A stretch of DNA of 64,000 bases from Squalus acanthias (lineage: Eukaryota): positions 188,852,001 to 188,916,000 of the forward strand of contig CM059427.1 in the NCBI GenBank assembly GCA_030390025.1, read 5' to 3'. The position numbers and the translations under genes were made by a program. Positions 37,001 to 52,000 of this stretch are shown in pieces; positions within the stretch are counted from its first letter, which is position 1, and each line of letters starts with the position of its first letter. The notes below the pieces were generated by a model. The model did not search any database. It was not told the DNA's origin and worked only from the letters and a program-made list of their open reading frames with translations.

Positions 37001-40000
37001 CTCTTATACTCATATCCTCTTGTAATAAAGGCCAACATACCATTCGATTTCCTCATTGCTTGCTGTACCTGCATGTTAAATTTCAGTGATTCGTGTACAA
37101 GGTCTCTCTGAACACCAACATTTCGCAATCTCTCACCATTTAAAAAATACCCTGCTTTTCTATTTTTCCTACCAAAATGGATAACTTCATTTCTCCATAT
37201 TATATTCCATTTGAATGTTCTTGCCCACACAATTAGTCTGTCTATATCCCCTTGAAGCCTCTTTGCATCCTCCTCACAACTTACAGTCCCACCCAGCTTT
37301 GTATCATCAGCAAACTTGGATATAATACATTTGATCCCCTCATCCAAATCATTAATGTAGATTGTGAATAGCTGAGGCCCAAGCACTGATCGTTGCGGTA
37401 CTCCACTAGTTACAGCCTGCCAACCCAAAAATAACCCGTTTATTCCTACTCTCTGTTTTCTGTCCGTTAACCAATCCTCAATCCATGCTAGTATATTACC
37501 CTCAATTCCATGAGCCCTAATTTTGTTTAATAACCTCTTGTGTGGCATCTTATCGAATGCCTTCTGAAAATCCAAATACACCGCATCCACTGGTTCCCCA
37601 TTATATACTCTGCTAGTTACCTCAACAAACAGATTTGTCAAACAGGATTTCCTTTTCATAAATCCGCGTTGACTCTGCCCAATCTTATTCGTATTTTCTA
37701 AGTGCCCTGTTACCACGTCCTTAATAATAGATTCTTGCATTTTCCCTGCTACTGATGTCAGGCTAACTGATCTGCAGTTCCCTGTTTTCTCTCTCCTTCT
37801 TTCTTAAATAGTGGGGTTACATTTGCTACCTTGCAATCCACGAGAACCATTCTAGAATCTATGGAATTTTGGAAAATGACAACCAATGCATCCACTATCT
37901 CTACAGTCAACTCTTTCAAAACCCTAGTATGTAGGCCATCAGGTCCAGGGGATTTATTGGCTTTCAGTCCCATTAATTTCTCCAGTACTACTTTTTACTA
38001 ATACTAATATCTTTCAGTTCCTCATTCTCGCTAGACCCTTGGTTGTCCACTATTTCCGGGTAGTTTTTTGCGTCTTCTTCTGTGAAGACAGACACGTATT
38101 TATTTAATTTCCCTGCCATTTCCTTATTCCGCATTATAATTTCTCCTGTCTCAGCCTGTAAGGGACCCACATTTACTTTTGCTAATCTTTTCCTTTTTAC
38201 ATACAAATAGAAGCTTTTACAGTCTGTTTTTATGTCTCTCACTAGTTTATTCATATTCTATTCTCCCTTTCATTATCAATTTCTTGGTCCTCCTTTGCTG
38301 AATTCTAAACTCCTCCCAATCCTCAGGCTTACTATTCATTTTGGCAGCATTATAAACCTCTTCCTTTGATCTATCTTTAACTTCTCTTGTTATCCACGGT
38401 TGGACCACTTTTCCTGTGGGTTTTTTGTGCCTTAAACAAATGTGTATTTGTTGTAAATTATGTATTAATTCTTTAAATGCTAGCCATTGCTCATCCACTG
38501 TCATACCTTTTAATGTAGTTTCCCAATCTACCTTAACCAAATCGCCCCTCATACCAACGTAATTTGCTTTGTTTAGATTTAAGACCCTAGTTTCAGATTT
38601 AACTAATTCACTTTCAAACTGAATATAAAATTCTATCATATTATGGTCACTCTTCCCTAAAGGCCCCTTTATTAGAAGGTTATTAATTAACCCTTTCTTG
38701 TTGCACAATACTAGATCTAAAATAGCCTGTTCCCTTGTTGTTCTTCAACATACTGATCTAGAAAACTATCTTTCATATATTCCATTAATTCGTCCTCCAC
38801 ACTATTACTGTAAATTTGGTTTGCTCAGTCTATATGTAGATTAAAGTCCCCCTTGATCTTGATTACTGTATACCCTTGTTCCTGTGAAGGAATAGCCAGG
38901 ATTCAGAAAAATACACGATACTACGAACAGATTTCTGAAATTATTAATAAAAAGCATACTGGGTTTAAAAGACATAAGCCTTAGCAGACACAGGCTGGAA
39001 ACAGAATACAGGCTTATGAGATAAGATGGTTTGTTAACACAAAGCTGTGAACACAAGCTTTGGGGAATTAGTTAAAAATGCTAAAACAAGCCCTATTGAT
39101 AAAGCAAAGGTTTGCTTCCAGAGCATCTGAACATTGGAATCAAAACAATGGAATGACCCAAGTAAAGTGTTATAATCTAACACGTCGAACAGGTGCACAG
39201 AACATTAAAAAAACCAAGTGCCTTTGAAAGAATGACATCAAGTAAGAAAAACCTGTCGTAAAATAGTTTTATGTTAAACTTAGAAGACAGGAAACACAAT
39301 TAAATATGCAACCAATTGAGATAGCTAGAAAACAAGTAAAGACTGAGAGAAGTGTTTTCAATTTACATGTTGTAAATATAATACCTACAGAAGGCTTTGA
39401 AGAAATGACATCAAGTAAAAGAAATGCCTGCTGAACAAATAGTTTTAATGTTAAGCTTGAAATATGGAGGCCCGAGGTCTGATAAAAACCAATTGAAGAA
39501 AATTAGAAATGCATGAAGATACTAGAGAAGTGGTTTTAATTTACAAGTTGTAAAAAGTACACAAACAAGACGACTTTGAAAATATTACTTCAATGGATAC
39601 ACCAAGCAATCACATTGTTCTTGTATTGAACTTGGAATACCATGGAGTCACAACGGCTGAAAATAACCAGTTAAAGTAGTATTAGAAATTCAATAGAAAG
39701 ACTTCCTAAGAATTGCATCAAACAGAAACCATTGCTGTCATTGTGTTTATGATGGTTTTGGAAACACCTAAACAGGACACAAGTCTAAAAGCATTCAACA
39801 GAGATATCAATAAAGAATAGAACAAAGTCAGCAAAGAATGACTTGATACAATTAAGCTTACAAATACTTCAAAGGATAAGCCACCCAAGAAAAGATATAA
39901 AAATAGACCTTTTCAGACAGAAAATTCAGAAGTCGCTGGGAAGACAAGCGTTTCTCAACTTTACAGACATTCTCTGTAAGTTTTTAACTTTTGAGTCTCG

Positions 40001-43000
40001 GGGATCAAGGTACTCTTATTTGATTTTGGTGGATATTCTGGATTAAGAAATAAGTAGAAGTGTGGAAATGTAACAAAGTTAAGTTTTGAGAATAAGGATC
40101 TCTGATAAGATATTGTAAGCTATTTGTATTTTGAATGGTTAAAGTTGCGATTGCCATAATAAATGTTAACTGTATGTGGGTTCTTTAATAAATCTATATA
40201 TTTTTAGAATAGTCTCAAAGAGTATTTCTGTTTCATCTTGCGAACTCAAATTCTGTGCACTCAAAGGAGTTGCAGAATTCTGGGGGGTATTCCGGACCCT
40301 TATAATATCCGGAAGGTTACAGTCTAGTTAAACTTATTAAAAGTACTATCTGGTGGACGGAAACATCTTTACACTGTTTCTTTCCTTTAGGGACCTTTAG
40401 ACCCAATTAAGCGTCTTATGGGATCCGGCTACCGCTAACTTTAGTTGAGGGTAAACGTCTGGGGAATACGCCTGATCTGGGGTAGTCTGAAAGTGCAAGG
40501 ACTTGTAATTATCCCTTCATTACATGCACCTCTAATTTCCTGATGTATACTCTGCCCTGCATTACAACTATTGTTTGGGGGCCTATAAACAACTCCCACT
40601 AATGTTTTCTGCCCTTTTCTGTTTCTTAGCTCCACCCAAACTGATTTTACTTCTTGATTTTCACGCTATGATCCTTTGTCTCTACTGTCTTTATCCTATC
40701 CTATATTACCAACGGAACAGCTCCCTCTTTCCCCAGTACTGGTGCTAGTGCCCCATGAACCGAAACCCCTTCCTCCCACACCATTCTTTGAGCCACGCAT
40801 TTAAACCTCAAATCTGTTTGTCCCTATGCTCATTTGCGCGTGACTCAGGTAACAATACAGAGATTATTACCTTTGAGGTTTTGCTTCTTAATTTGGATCC
40901 TAGCTCCTCAAACTCCCTCAGCAGAGCCTCATTTCTAGTTCTACCTATGTCATTGGTTCCTACGTGAACCACGACAGCTGGATCTTCCCCCTCCCACTCC
41001 AAGTTCTTCTCCAGCCGTGAGGAGATGTCATACAGTCATAGAGTCATAGGCGGAAAAATTCAGTATCACCCCATTTGGGGCGCAATTATCGGCCGGGCGC
41101 AAAGATTAGTGCCTGGCGCTAATTATCGCCTCCGACTGCAAACTTGGTTTTTATTGCCCCTGGAGGTGATTGGAGAGCTAAATCAGGTGCAAAGGCCGAG
41201 GAGCGAGGCGCTACCTCAGAGCTACCTCAGAGCTGGCGAAGCTCATGTGATGTCAGTCAGCAATGGAACACAGACACAATTGTGCCGGCCAGTTCTTAAA
41301 GGGGAGGGTTGATCTTGCTCTCCATCCACATCCTGCTCATTGCAGCCTTGAATCTCAGCCTGGAGAGACCTGTACATCAAATCTGCTGTAAAGAACAATG
41401 GAGAGTCCCAGGGAAAGAGCTTCTAGATCGATACAAGGAAGGGCAAATCAAAATGAACCTGCAAAGTGCTGTTCAGTGCCCAAAACTCCTTCGCACAGCG
41501 TTGAATCTCTCCAGAAGTCTCTCTCTCTCTCTCTCTCAAAATGCATGGTGCAAAAATGTCGCCAACAAAAAAAGGCAGGAAGCGGTCGCCTTTAAATAGC
41601 GCTCCCCCAGTCTCTTCCTGACTGCAAAACGCTGCCCTCAAACTGTCGTTGCTAGCAGCAGGTGGTAAGGCAGGGGGCGCCACTCAATATCCGGTCCAGG
41701 GCAGTACCGGGGCGTTGCACACTCGACTGACGTCACGATCTGCCGGCGCAGGAGATCGTGGCAGTAGTGTTTAGCGCCGCCGCAAAATGTCTTGTTAATT
41801 TCGTGAGCGGCGCAAACATCACCGCCCATGGGCGCTAGTTGCTTTGCGCTCCATTAGCGCCCTCTTAAGGCATAACGGGAGGCACAAACCAACTGAATTT
41901 TTACCCCATAGAGTCATAATGGCACATAAGGAGGCCATTCGACCCATCGAGTCTGAGCCAGATCGCTTAGAGCAATTCAGTCAGTCCCATTCCCCCGCTC
42001 TATCCCCGTAGCCCTGCAAGTTTATTTCCCTCAAATGCCTATCCAAACTCCTCTTGAAAACATTAAGCTTCCACCACTTCCGCCAGCAGCGAATTCCAGG
42101 TCATCACCACTCGCTGTTTAAAAAAGTTTTTCCTCATAACCCCCCTGTATCTCTTGCCCAAACCTTAAATCTGTGTCCCCTAGTCCTTGTACCATCAACT
42201 AGTGGGAAAAGCCTTTCTCCGTCTAGCCTACCCAAACCCATCATAATCTTGTACAGCTCTATCAAATCACCCCTCTACCTCCTTTGCTCCAATGAAAACA
42301 AATTCAGCTTCTCCACCTGTCCTTGTAGCTAAGATCCCCCATGCCCAGAACCATTCTGGTAAATCTCCCCTGCACCCTCTCAGGGACCTTCACATCTTCC
42401 TAAAGTGTGGTGACCAGAACTGGACGCAATACTCCAGTTGTGGCCTAACTAGTGCTTTATAAAGGTTCAGCATAACTTCACTACTTTTGTACTCAATACC
42501 TCTATTTATGAAGCCCAAGATCCCATATGCTTTGTTAACCACTCTCTCAATATGTCCTGTCACCTTCAGGGACCTATGCACATTAACTCCCAGGTCCTTC
42601 TATCCCTGCACACTCTTTAAAACTGTGCTATTAAGTGTATGTTGCCTTTCCCTATTCCTCCTGCCCTGTGTCTCTAAGCATATATCACATTCTTTGTCTC
42701 TAATAGGCCCCACCCCACCTCTTACTACCCACTTACTGTTTACATGCCGGTAGAAGATTTTTGGGATCCCTTTTATGTTAACCGCTATTCTACTCTCATA
42801 TTCTCTCTTTGCCAATCTTACTTTCATCTTCACATCCCCTCTCAACTTATTGGATTTGGTCTAGTTCTCCCTTGAAGAATTCACCTGACATTCATTATAC
42901 ACCCTCTTTTTTGTTTCATCATCTTCTCTATCTCCCTCGTCATCCAAGGAGCCCTTGCTTTGGTTCCCTTACGTTTCCCTCTTGTTGGAATGTACCTAGC

Positions 43001-46000
43001 CTGTACTTTGAACATCTCCTCCTTAAAGATCACCCATTGTTCCGTTACAGCTTTTCCTGCCAGTCTTTGGTTCCATTTTACCCTGGCTAGATCCCTATTC
43101 CAGTTCAGAAGTTCCACTCTAGATTGTTCCGTTCTCCTCTCCATTGCTAATCTAAATCTTATGATACGATGATCACTCGTACCCAATTGTTCTCCCACAG
43201 ACACTTGGTCGAACTGGCCCACATCATTCCCCAGCACCAGATCCAGCAATGCCTCCTTCCTAATTGGGCCAAGAACATACTGGTCAAGAAAATTCTCCTG
43301 AACACATTTCAGAAATTCCTCCCCCTCCTTTCCCTTTACCCTAGCATTATCCCAATCAATATTTGGGTAATTAAAGTCCCCCAATATCACCACTCTATAG
43401 ATCTTGCCTATCTCTGCGATTTCCCTGCAGATTTGCTCCTCTATCTCCCTCTCATTATTTGGAGGCCAATAGAATACCCCCAATAGCGTGATCATACCCT
43501 TTCTGCTCCTCAACTCAAACCAAATGAATTCTGTCTTTGTCCTCTCAAGAACATCCTCCCTTTCCAACACTACAATGTCTTCCTTAATCAGCACTGCCAC
43601 CCCAATGCCCTTTCTCCTTCCCTATCTTTTCTGAACATTTTGTACCCTTGAATATTAAGTGCCCAGTCCTTACCGTTTTTAAGCCATGTTTCCGTTATTG
43701 CCACAACATCATATTGCTACACAGCTAATTGTGCTTGTAGCTCACCAACCTTATTCACCACACTTTGTGCATTTACATACATGCATTCTAAACCCATTTT
43801 TGAATTTTTCGTAGTCTTTCTTAGTCTGCTCCTATCTAATATGGTACTATTACCGCCTCTAGTACTATCTTCTCCAGTACTATCCAATACACTCACTCCT
43901 TTATGCATCTTATTCCTCTTTTCTACTCCTATATGCTGATGCCCATCCCTCTGCCAAGTTAGTTTAAATCCCCCCTAACTAACAAACCTCCTCACGAGAA
44001 TATTGGTTCCGGCTCTGTTGAGGTGTAACCCGACCGGCTTGTACAGGTCCCAGAAACGGTCCCAATGCCTCAGGAATCTAAAGCCATTCCTCCTGCACCA
44101 TCTCTCCAGCCACACATTCATCTGTTCTATCCTCCTATTACTGTACTCACTAGCACGTGTCACCGGGAGTAATCTGGAGATTACTACCTTTGAGGTCCTG
44201 CTTTTTAATCTCTCTCCTGGCTCCCTAAACTCTGCCTGCAGGACCTCATCCCTCTTTCTGCCTATGTCATTGGTACTGATATGGACAACGCCCTCTGGCT
44301 GTTCACCCTCCCCCCTCAGAGTGTCCTGCATCTGCTCAGTGCTATCCTTGACCCTGGCACCAGGGAGGCAACATACCATCCTGGAGACACGTCTACGGCC
44401 GCAGAAACACCTGTCTGCTCCCCTAACTATCGAATTCCCTACCACTATTACTCTTCCACTCTTTTTCTTCCCCCGCACTGTGCAGCTGAGCCACCTGTGG
44501 TGCCGTGGACTTGATTCTGGCTGCACTCTCCAGAGGAACCATCGTCGTCACCAGTACTCAGAACAGAATACTGGTTGAAGAGCGTGATACACTCCAGGGA
44601 CTCCTGCACTACCTGCCTGGTCCTCCTCTTCTGTCTGGCGGTCACCGATTCCCTCCCTGCCTGCATACTGTTAAGCTGCTTGGTGACCACCTCTAGAAAT
44701 CTGCTATCCACGTAACTCTCAGTGACTCCAGCCGCCGCACAAGCTCCGAAACCCGGAGCTCGAGTTACTGTAGCTGCCGATACTTCCCGCACATGTGGTC
44801 ATCAAGGCTACGCGAAGAGTCCAGGAATTCTGACATGGCACAGGATGTGCACTCCACGGGACTGAGCTGCCCTGCCATGCCTCTATTTAATAGACTAAGA
44901 ACGAACCCAGCAGAAATAAACTTAAAACTTAACAAAAAACACTCCCCAGCTACTCACCAATCAGCTTTTTCCCTTTATTTAATAGGCTATTAACTAACTT
45001 AGCAGAATTAAACTTATAAACTTAAATAAAAACACTCACCAGCTACTCACCAATCAGCTCCTTCCCTTGTGCCGATGTCACGTTTTTTACCCTGACGTCA
45101 CTTTTTCAAAAACTGCCTCTGTTGAGTTGCTGCCGCTCTCGCTGTGCTTCCTCCAGGTCCGCTCCTTCTGGTCTCAGGTCTTTAACCCTGGCACCGGGCA
45201 GGTAACACAACCTTCGGAACTCTTGGTCATGGCCGCAGAGAACAGTATCTATCCCCCTGACTATACTGTCCAATACCACAACTACATTCCCTTTCACCAC
45301 CCCCGACTTGAATGGCCTCCTGCACCATGGTGCCATGGTCAGCCTGCTCATCCATCCTACAGGCTTTTCCCTCATCCACACTGGCAGCAAGAACCTCATA
45401 CCTGTTGGACAAGGGCAAAGGCTGAGGCTCCTCCAGCACTGCACCTGGGGTCCCCTTACCTGCCTGAGTTGCAGTCACACCCTCCTATCCTTGACCACTG
45501 ATCAGATCTATACCACTGCCTAACCTAAGGGGTGTGATTGCCTCCTGGATCAAAGTGTCCAGGTAACTCTCCCCATCCCTGATGCCCCTCAATATTCGCA
45601 TCTCAGTCTCCAGCTCAAAAACTCTGAGCTGCATTTCCTCAAGATGCAGGCAATTACAGCAAACTTGCGGCCAGAAATTCGGCTCCCTGGCTTCCCACAG
45701 GTGCAAGAATCCCGCGCGCACCTACCTACCGCGCCTGCCGTTGACCCCTGGGACAACGGGGCATTCAGGTCCTGGGCCTCCTCCAGCTGCCGGCGCGCAG
45801 TGCCTGTGTATCCCAGGGGTGTAGTTAGTGCGATGCATCCCCTGGGTTCACGTGGGCCATGGAGAGCCAATGGCAGCAGACCATCTTTCATTCATAGATT
45901 TGACAGGAAGACCTTTCAAATCTATGAATACAAATCGGCCCCAAAACATCCCTAAAACTACAAATATTTTTTTTTAAATAACATTTTTAAAATAACTTAA

Positions 46001-49000
46001 ATTACATTAATTAACTATTTTAAACAAAGACTTAAATTTTTGAAAAAATTAATTACACTTTTTAACGGGCTTAAAACTAAACTTAACTTTCTTTAAAGTA
46101 ATTTAAAAAGATAAATCTGTGAAAAAATTTTTTAAATTTTAATAAAATCAACACTTACCTTGTTAAAAGAAGGCCTTGCGCCTCCTTTTTCAATGTGTAT
46201 CTTTTCCGTGCTTACCCTCACGGAAGAACCTGTAAAAAAACCCGAAGTGCGAGGCGGACGCGCTGGCCCTCCGGCGTGCGTGTTCGACCTCTGAACCCCT
46301 TCCTTCAGGGGAACGGAAGTGCCGGTTCCCCGCGCATGCGCAGTGCATGCAAGAAACCGCCACTTTTGTTCCGTCCACAGGTGAGTACACAGCGCGTACT
46401 CACCCGTGGCGAGCCTAATTTCTGCCCCGTGGTTGTCCTGGATCACAGTGCTCTCCACATGCTGCAGTTGCGGAACACCGTCTGCACTGCCATGCCTATA
46501 TGACCTTGATTTATTTAATTACATTTTTTAAAATTTGTAATTAGGTAACTCAGTTTACAGTGTAGTTTCCTGACTACTTACTTGATCTAGATTAAGTTAA
46601 GGGCACTGAAATTAAATATCTACCTGCAACAAAAAGCATCTAAGTAGTGTAGGAAAAAGCAACAACTCCTTCCCTCCCTTCTCCAAATTCCCACTCTTTC
46701 CAAATTTCCAACCAAAGCACTCTGTTCAAGTCCACTCTATTTAATCCCACTCTGTGCAGACCGCATGACTCTAAGCATGACGTGCTGATGGTTGACATGA
46801 ATGACCACTTTATATGTAACAGTTTTATATTAGTAAATCTTTACTATCTACTGTGAGGTAACTGCACTTACATTGGTCCACAGAAAAATCTGCTTTTCCA
46901 GTGAGAATAATGGATCCAGCTTCCTGCACTTCACACGCGTACAACTCCTTATCCTCTACTGCAACATGTTTGACTATCAGATAGACTGTGTTATTTAGTC
47001 GGATCTGATCAGTGTTGCTCCTGTTCTGCTGAGTTGACTCTCTCTTTTTCCATTGAAGACTGACTGTATCTGAGAGTTTGGAGATGGTACAGCTGAGTGT
47101 AACGTCACTGCCCACCAAAGGCTGCTGTGGACTTGACTCAACTATGAAAAACAGATCAATAAGATTTTGTGTAAGTAGTGACATGTACAATCCAACAATT
47201 AGGTTCTAACTGACCATAGGATGTGCCCATCATCAGCACTTGTATCTTGCTGTATTAAAGAGTCAGGCCAGATTACACACAAGTGCATTTTAGCAGTAGA
47301 ATAACACAGTGGGCCTGAAAATTCTAAGTCCTGCTCCACCAGCGTAATTGAGGCAGAGCAGCACTGGTGACCTTTACCCCTAATCCTGTGGGGTCAGGTT
47401 AAGGTTACATGGTTTGGATGACATTTGGGGAAGCCGACACCACAATGGACAGGTGATGGAATCTCACCAGAGGAGGGTGTGATGGAAATGTAGCGCCCAT
47501 ATTATCAGACATGGAGAAGGCTCCAGTCCCACTCTGTTCTCAATGTGCCTCGCACACTTCAGTAAGACCACCCAACACACGCACTGGGAGCCTGTGCACA
47601 AAATCCACGTCAAAAGTCATTACGTTATTTAAATGAGTGGGCTCCCAAAATGCTCCTGAGCAGGGCTCCAATCATTGAGCGTCCATGAGGAATGGCACTT
47701 CAGGAGAGGCTTGTTCTAAAAATGCCCACCCTGACTTTCAGTCCCACCTACAACATGACAAGTAAGAATCAAATCTTCAACAGGGACTTTAATTCCAATG
47801 TCAGGCCAAAACAATGGTGGCATCCATTAGCTGCTGGAGCCCAACACTCTGGTGCCCGACCCATGTGACATTCCCCGTGTACCACGCACTATGTACCATG
47901 AGTGCCACTAACAAATGTAAATGAGTTGACTTTCTATTATGGTCAACTCATTCTGGTGCAGTTTGGGCCAACACCTCAGGAGCAATGGTCCAGGCCCAGT
48001 ACAGTCACGATCATATTTTGGCCACTACGACATTTCAGGATTGGATTATAATTTGTATCAAGTACATTTGACAGTAACCTCAGCCTCATTTAGATGTTAC
48101 ACACATCAACCAACCAGAAAGTGTAGCTGTTGAGCAGCATCCTTAGTTGGCAGCAACTAAAGATTTTGATTTATTTATACTAAAGTTTTTTTAATGTTTT
48201 TGAGTAGATACAATGGCCAGAATCTTAATTTTTTTTTATTTGCTTATGGGATCTCGGCATCGCTGGCAAGGCCAGCTTTTATTGCCCATCCTTAGTTGCC
48301 CTTGAGAAGGTGGTGGTGAGCTGCCTTCTTGAACCGCTGCAGTCCGTGTGGTGAAAGTACTCCCACAGTGCTGTTAGGGAGGGAGTTCAAGGAATTTGTC
48401 CCAGTGACGATGAAGGATCGCCAATATACTTCTAAATCAGGATTGTGTGTGACTTGGAGTGGATCTTGGAGGTAGTGGTGTTTCCATGCGCCTGCTGCCC
48501 TTGTCCTTCTAGGTGGAAGAGGTTTCGGGTTTGGGAGGTGCTGCTAAAGAAGCCTTGGCGAATTGCTGCAGTGCATCTTGTACATGGTACACACTGCAGC
48601 CACGGTACGCTGGTGGTGCATGGAGTGAATGTTTAAGGTGGTGGATGGGGTGCCAATCAAATGGGCTGCTTTGTCCTGGATAGTGTCGAGCTTCTTGAGT
48701 GTTGTTGGAGCTGCATTCATCCAGGCAAGTGGAGAGTAGTCCATCACAGTCCTTACTTGTGCCTTGTAGATGGTGGAAAGGCTTTGGAGGCAGATAGGGA
48801 GTGGCGAGACCGAATTTAGCGATAGGGCCTGATCAACATTTAAAATCTCTGTTACCCGCCTGCAGCCAGGCAAAAGGAATGGTTTGAATGTAAAGGCCTG
48901 GGGCACCAGGCCACAGAGAGGAGGGAGTGAGGGACTGGTGGGGTTGTCAGAAGGCAGGAGTGGGGTATCGGAGGTCCGAGTTTGGAGATCCGAAGGCCAG

Positions 49001-52000
49001 AGGGGAGAGATCGGACGGCCAGAGTTCGGAAGTCGGAAGGCCAGAGGGTGTATCGGAGGAGGGCTGGAAAACTGCAGGGGAGAATTCGGAAGGCCGAAGA
49101 GGGAATTGGAGATCAGAGAGAGGTCGGAAGGCCGGAGGGGAGGTCAGAAGGCTGGAGGGGTGATCAGAGATCGGAGGTCTCGTGGGGGGGTGTCGGAGGC
49201 CCCAGGGTGAGTTTGGGGGGAGATCGGAAGGGTCGGGGGTGGGGTGTCCGATCGTGGGTGGGTGGCGAGGCAGAAACCCTGGATCCAGCAGTCCTCGTCA
49301 CCCTTTAGCTGGCGGTTTCCCCGAGCCCTCAGTTAAATTTAAAATGGTGGATCACTATGAGGCACCCAATCTCATTATAATATATAAAGTGCAAACTCAC
49401 CTCCTGCGAGCAGATTAGCTGCCCCCCCCACCCCCGTCCCACCTCCGTTAAAACCAGAAGTGGGCGGGTTGGAGGCAAGTTGGGGCCAGGATTCAGATTT
49501 TTAACTCTGTAACCTCCCACCCGACCCCAAGCCAAACCTTTTTTGGGGTTAAATATCCCACCAATGTATCTCTTTTTCTCTGCCATGTTCTTCTTGCTTT
49601 CCTGAAGGCGTTAACTCCTTATCATAGGATGAGTTCTAGGGACACTTGACATCCTCTGGGACCTCAACCAAGTGACACATCTAACAGGTTCACTGGACAG
49701 TAATCAGGAACAGTGATTCTGGCCAATCTTATTCCTGTCCCATCGCGCTGAGGCTTTTTACTACAAGGGATCTATTGGTTTGGTAACAGAATTCAGTACA
49801 TCTGACAGAGAGTGTGCCAGTGTACAGACCATAATACTCTCTGTGGGGTAGATTTTTGGGTTTGCTATTTCTGGTGAAATTGTCGAAAAGTTTTTACTCA
49901 TGTTGACCATTTCAGGAGAAACAATGAACAAAATCTTTCCCCTGGTTGTTTTAATGAGAGATGCTCTCTGCACTGGGTGATATAAATCTCACATGATCCT
50001 GGCAATCTCTCATCATTACACATGAAATTATTTACGGAGAATCATTTTATTGTTCCTTTTCTAGACTTTGTCCCACTCACCTTTGATCCCATATATTTCA
50101 TACCGTTTCAGGATTTTATTTCTCGGCTGTGTTTGAGTCAAGATGAACGATCCCGCACATTTAAACGTGGGTTTTCTAATTCTCAGATTAATGGTCCAAT
50201 AATTCCATTCTATCTTCTGGTACAAGTCGCTGTTTCTATAGTGATCGCTCCATTGTGCGTCCCACCAGCCCGAACTCCCTTTGTGTAAAGTAACCAGTCG
50301 CTGGATTTCTTGCCCTGAGTGTGGTTTCCATTCCCAGACAACAGGGCCATTCCCAGGATTGTCCGGTCCTTTTAATGGAATGTCATCTCCCTCATCCAAA
50401 AAATAAATATGATTTGGGTTTCCTGTTAGAAAGAGGAACAATGTAAGTATTTAAATATTTAAATTGCAACTCCTTAATCCCATGATTTTAATGATTAATA
50501 TCGGAGTTCATCTATTTACTATCTATGGGAACCTGAGCATACATTCAGAAGAGAGAGAAGAAAAGCTGGAAATAGAAGGCAGAAAATTACTAAGCGAGTT
50601 TGGATGGCAGTGGAAACAAAGGCTTGGAAATGGGCAACAAAGGATTTGGCAGTGCTTGCTGGTAAATCCTTCAATGCAAGGAGTCCAGTGAATAAGGCAG
50701 ATGAGCTGAGGGCACAGATAGACATAGATATCATAGCTATTACTGAAACATGGCTTAAAGAAGGGCAGGAATGGTAACTCAACATTCTTGGTTATACAGC
50801 TTTCAGACAAATATTAACTGGGATAGAATCAGTGTAAAAGGTATAGAGGGTGCAGAATTTTTAAAATGCATTCAGAAGATCTTTTTATCCAGCACGTAGC
50901 TAGCCCAACAAGAGAGTTCTGGACTAAGTTTTAGGGAATGAAGCTGGGCAGGTGGAAGGGGATCAGTGGGGGAGAATTTTGGTGGTAGTGATCATAATTC
51001 AGTTAGATTTAACGTAGTTATGAAAAGGGACAAAGATAGACCAGGAGTAAAAGTTCTCAATTGGAGAAAGGCCAATTTACTAAGCTGAGATGTGATTTAG
51101 CAAAAATGGAAACAGCTACTTGAAGGTAAATCAGTGTCAGAGTACTGGGAGGCATTCAAAGAGGAGATAGTCAGGATTCAGTGCAAATATGTTCCCACAA
51201 AGAAAAAGGGCGGGACTCCCAAATCTAAAGCTCCCTGGATGTCAAGGAGCATACAAGGTAGGATAAGGAAAAAAAGGAAGCTTATGTCAGATAAGCTCAA
51301 TACTGCAGAAAGCCCAGAGGAGTATAGAAAGTGCAGGGGTGAAATTAAAAAATAAATTAGGAAAGCAAAGAGAGGGCATGAAAAACTATTGGCAAGTAAA
51401 ATCAAAGGAGAAACCCAAAGATGTTTTAGAGTAAGAGAATAACTAAGGAAAGAGTAGGGCCTAATAGAGACTAAAAATGGTAACCTATGTGTGGTGACGG
51501 AAGATGTTGGTATGTTTCTTAATAAACTTTGTGTCTGTCTTCACAAAAGGGAGGGCCGATGCAGATATTTTAGTTAAGGAGGAGGAGTGTGAAATGTTAG
51601 ATGGGATAAAATAGTGAGAGAGGAAATATTAAGGGGCTTAGCATCTTTGAAAATAGATAAATCACCACGCCCGGATGAAATGTATTCCAGGCTGTTAAGA
51701 GAAGAATGTGAGGAATTAGCGGAAGTTCTGACCATCATTTCCCAAACCTCTCTGGCTACAGTCATGGTGCTGGAGGACTGCTAACATTGTACCGTTGTTT
51801 AAAAAGGGAGAAAGGGATAGTCTGAGCAATTACAGACCAATCAGCCTAACCTCGGTGGGGGGAAATTATTAGAAAAAAATTATTTAGAAAGGCCCAGATT
51901 AATCAAGGAGAGTCAGTGTGGATTTGTTGAGGGAAGGTCCTATCTGACTAACTTGCTTAAATTTTTTGAGGAGGTAACAAGGAGGTTCAATGAGGGTAGC

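Larger units (their letters stand above)
36400..46790 (-). mobile_element. Degenerate near full-length CR1 hosting a solo LTR, a second CR1 and MITEs
   Basis: RT 36838-37740, APE 38247-40635. ORF1 VVVHVGTNDIG (40808-41002) continues as LDSIVRG..LPGARVKD (45180-45444). Confidence 0.8.

Noticed and set aside
10860-50422. Rearranging Ig/TCR V segments
   Set aside because: Exons end in splice donors rather than heptamer-nonamer RSS, and no D, J or C1 segments are seen.
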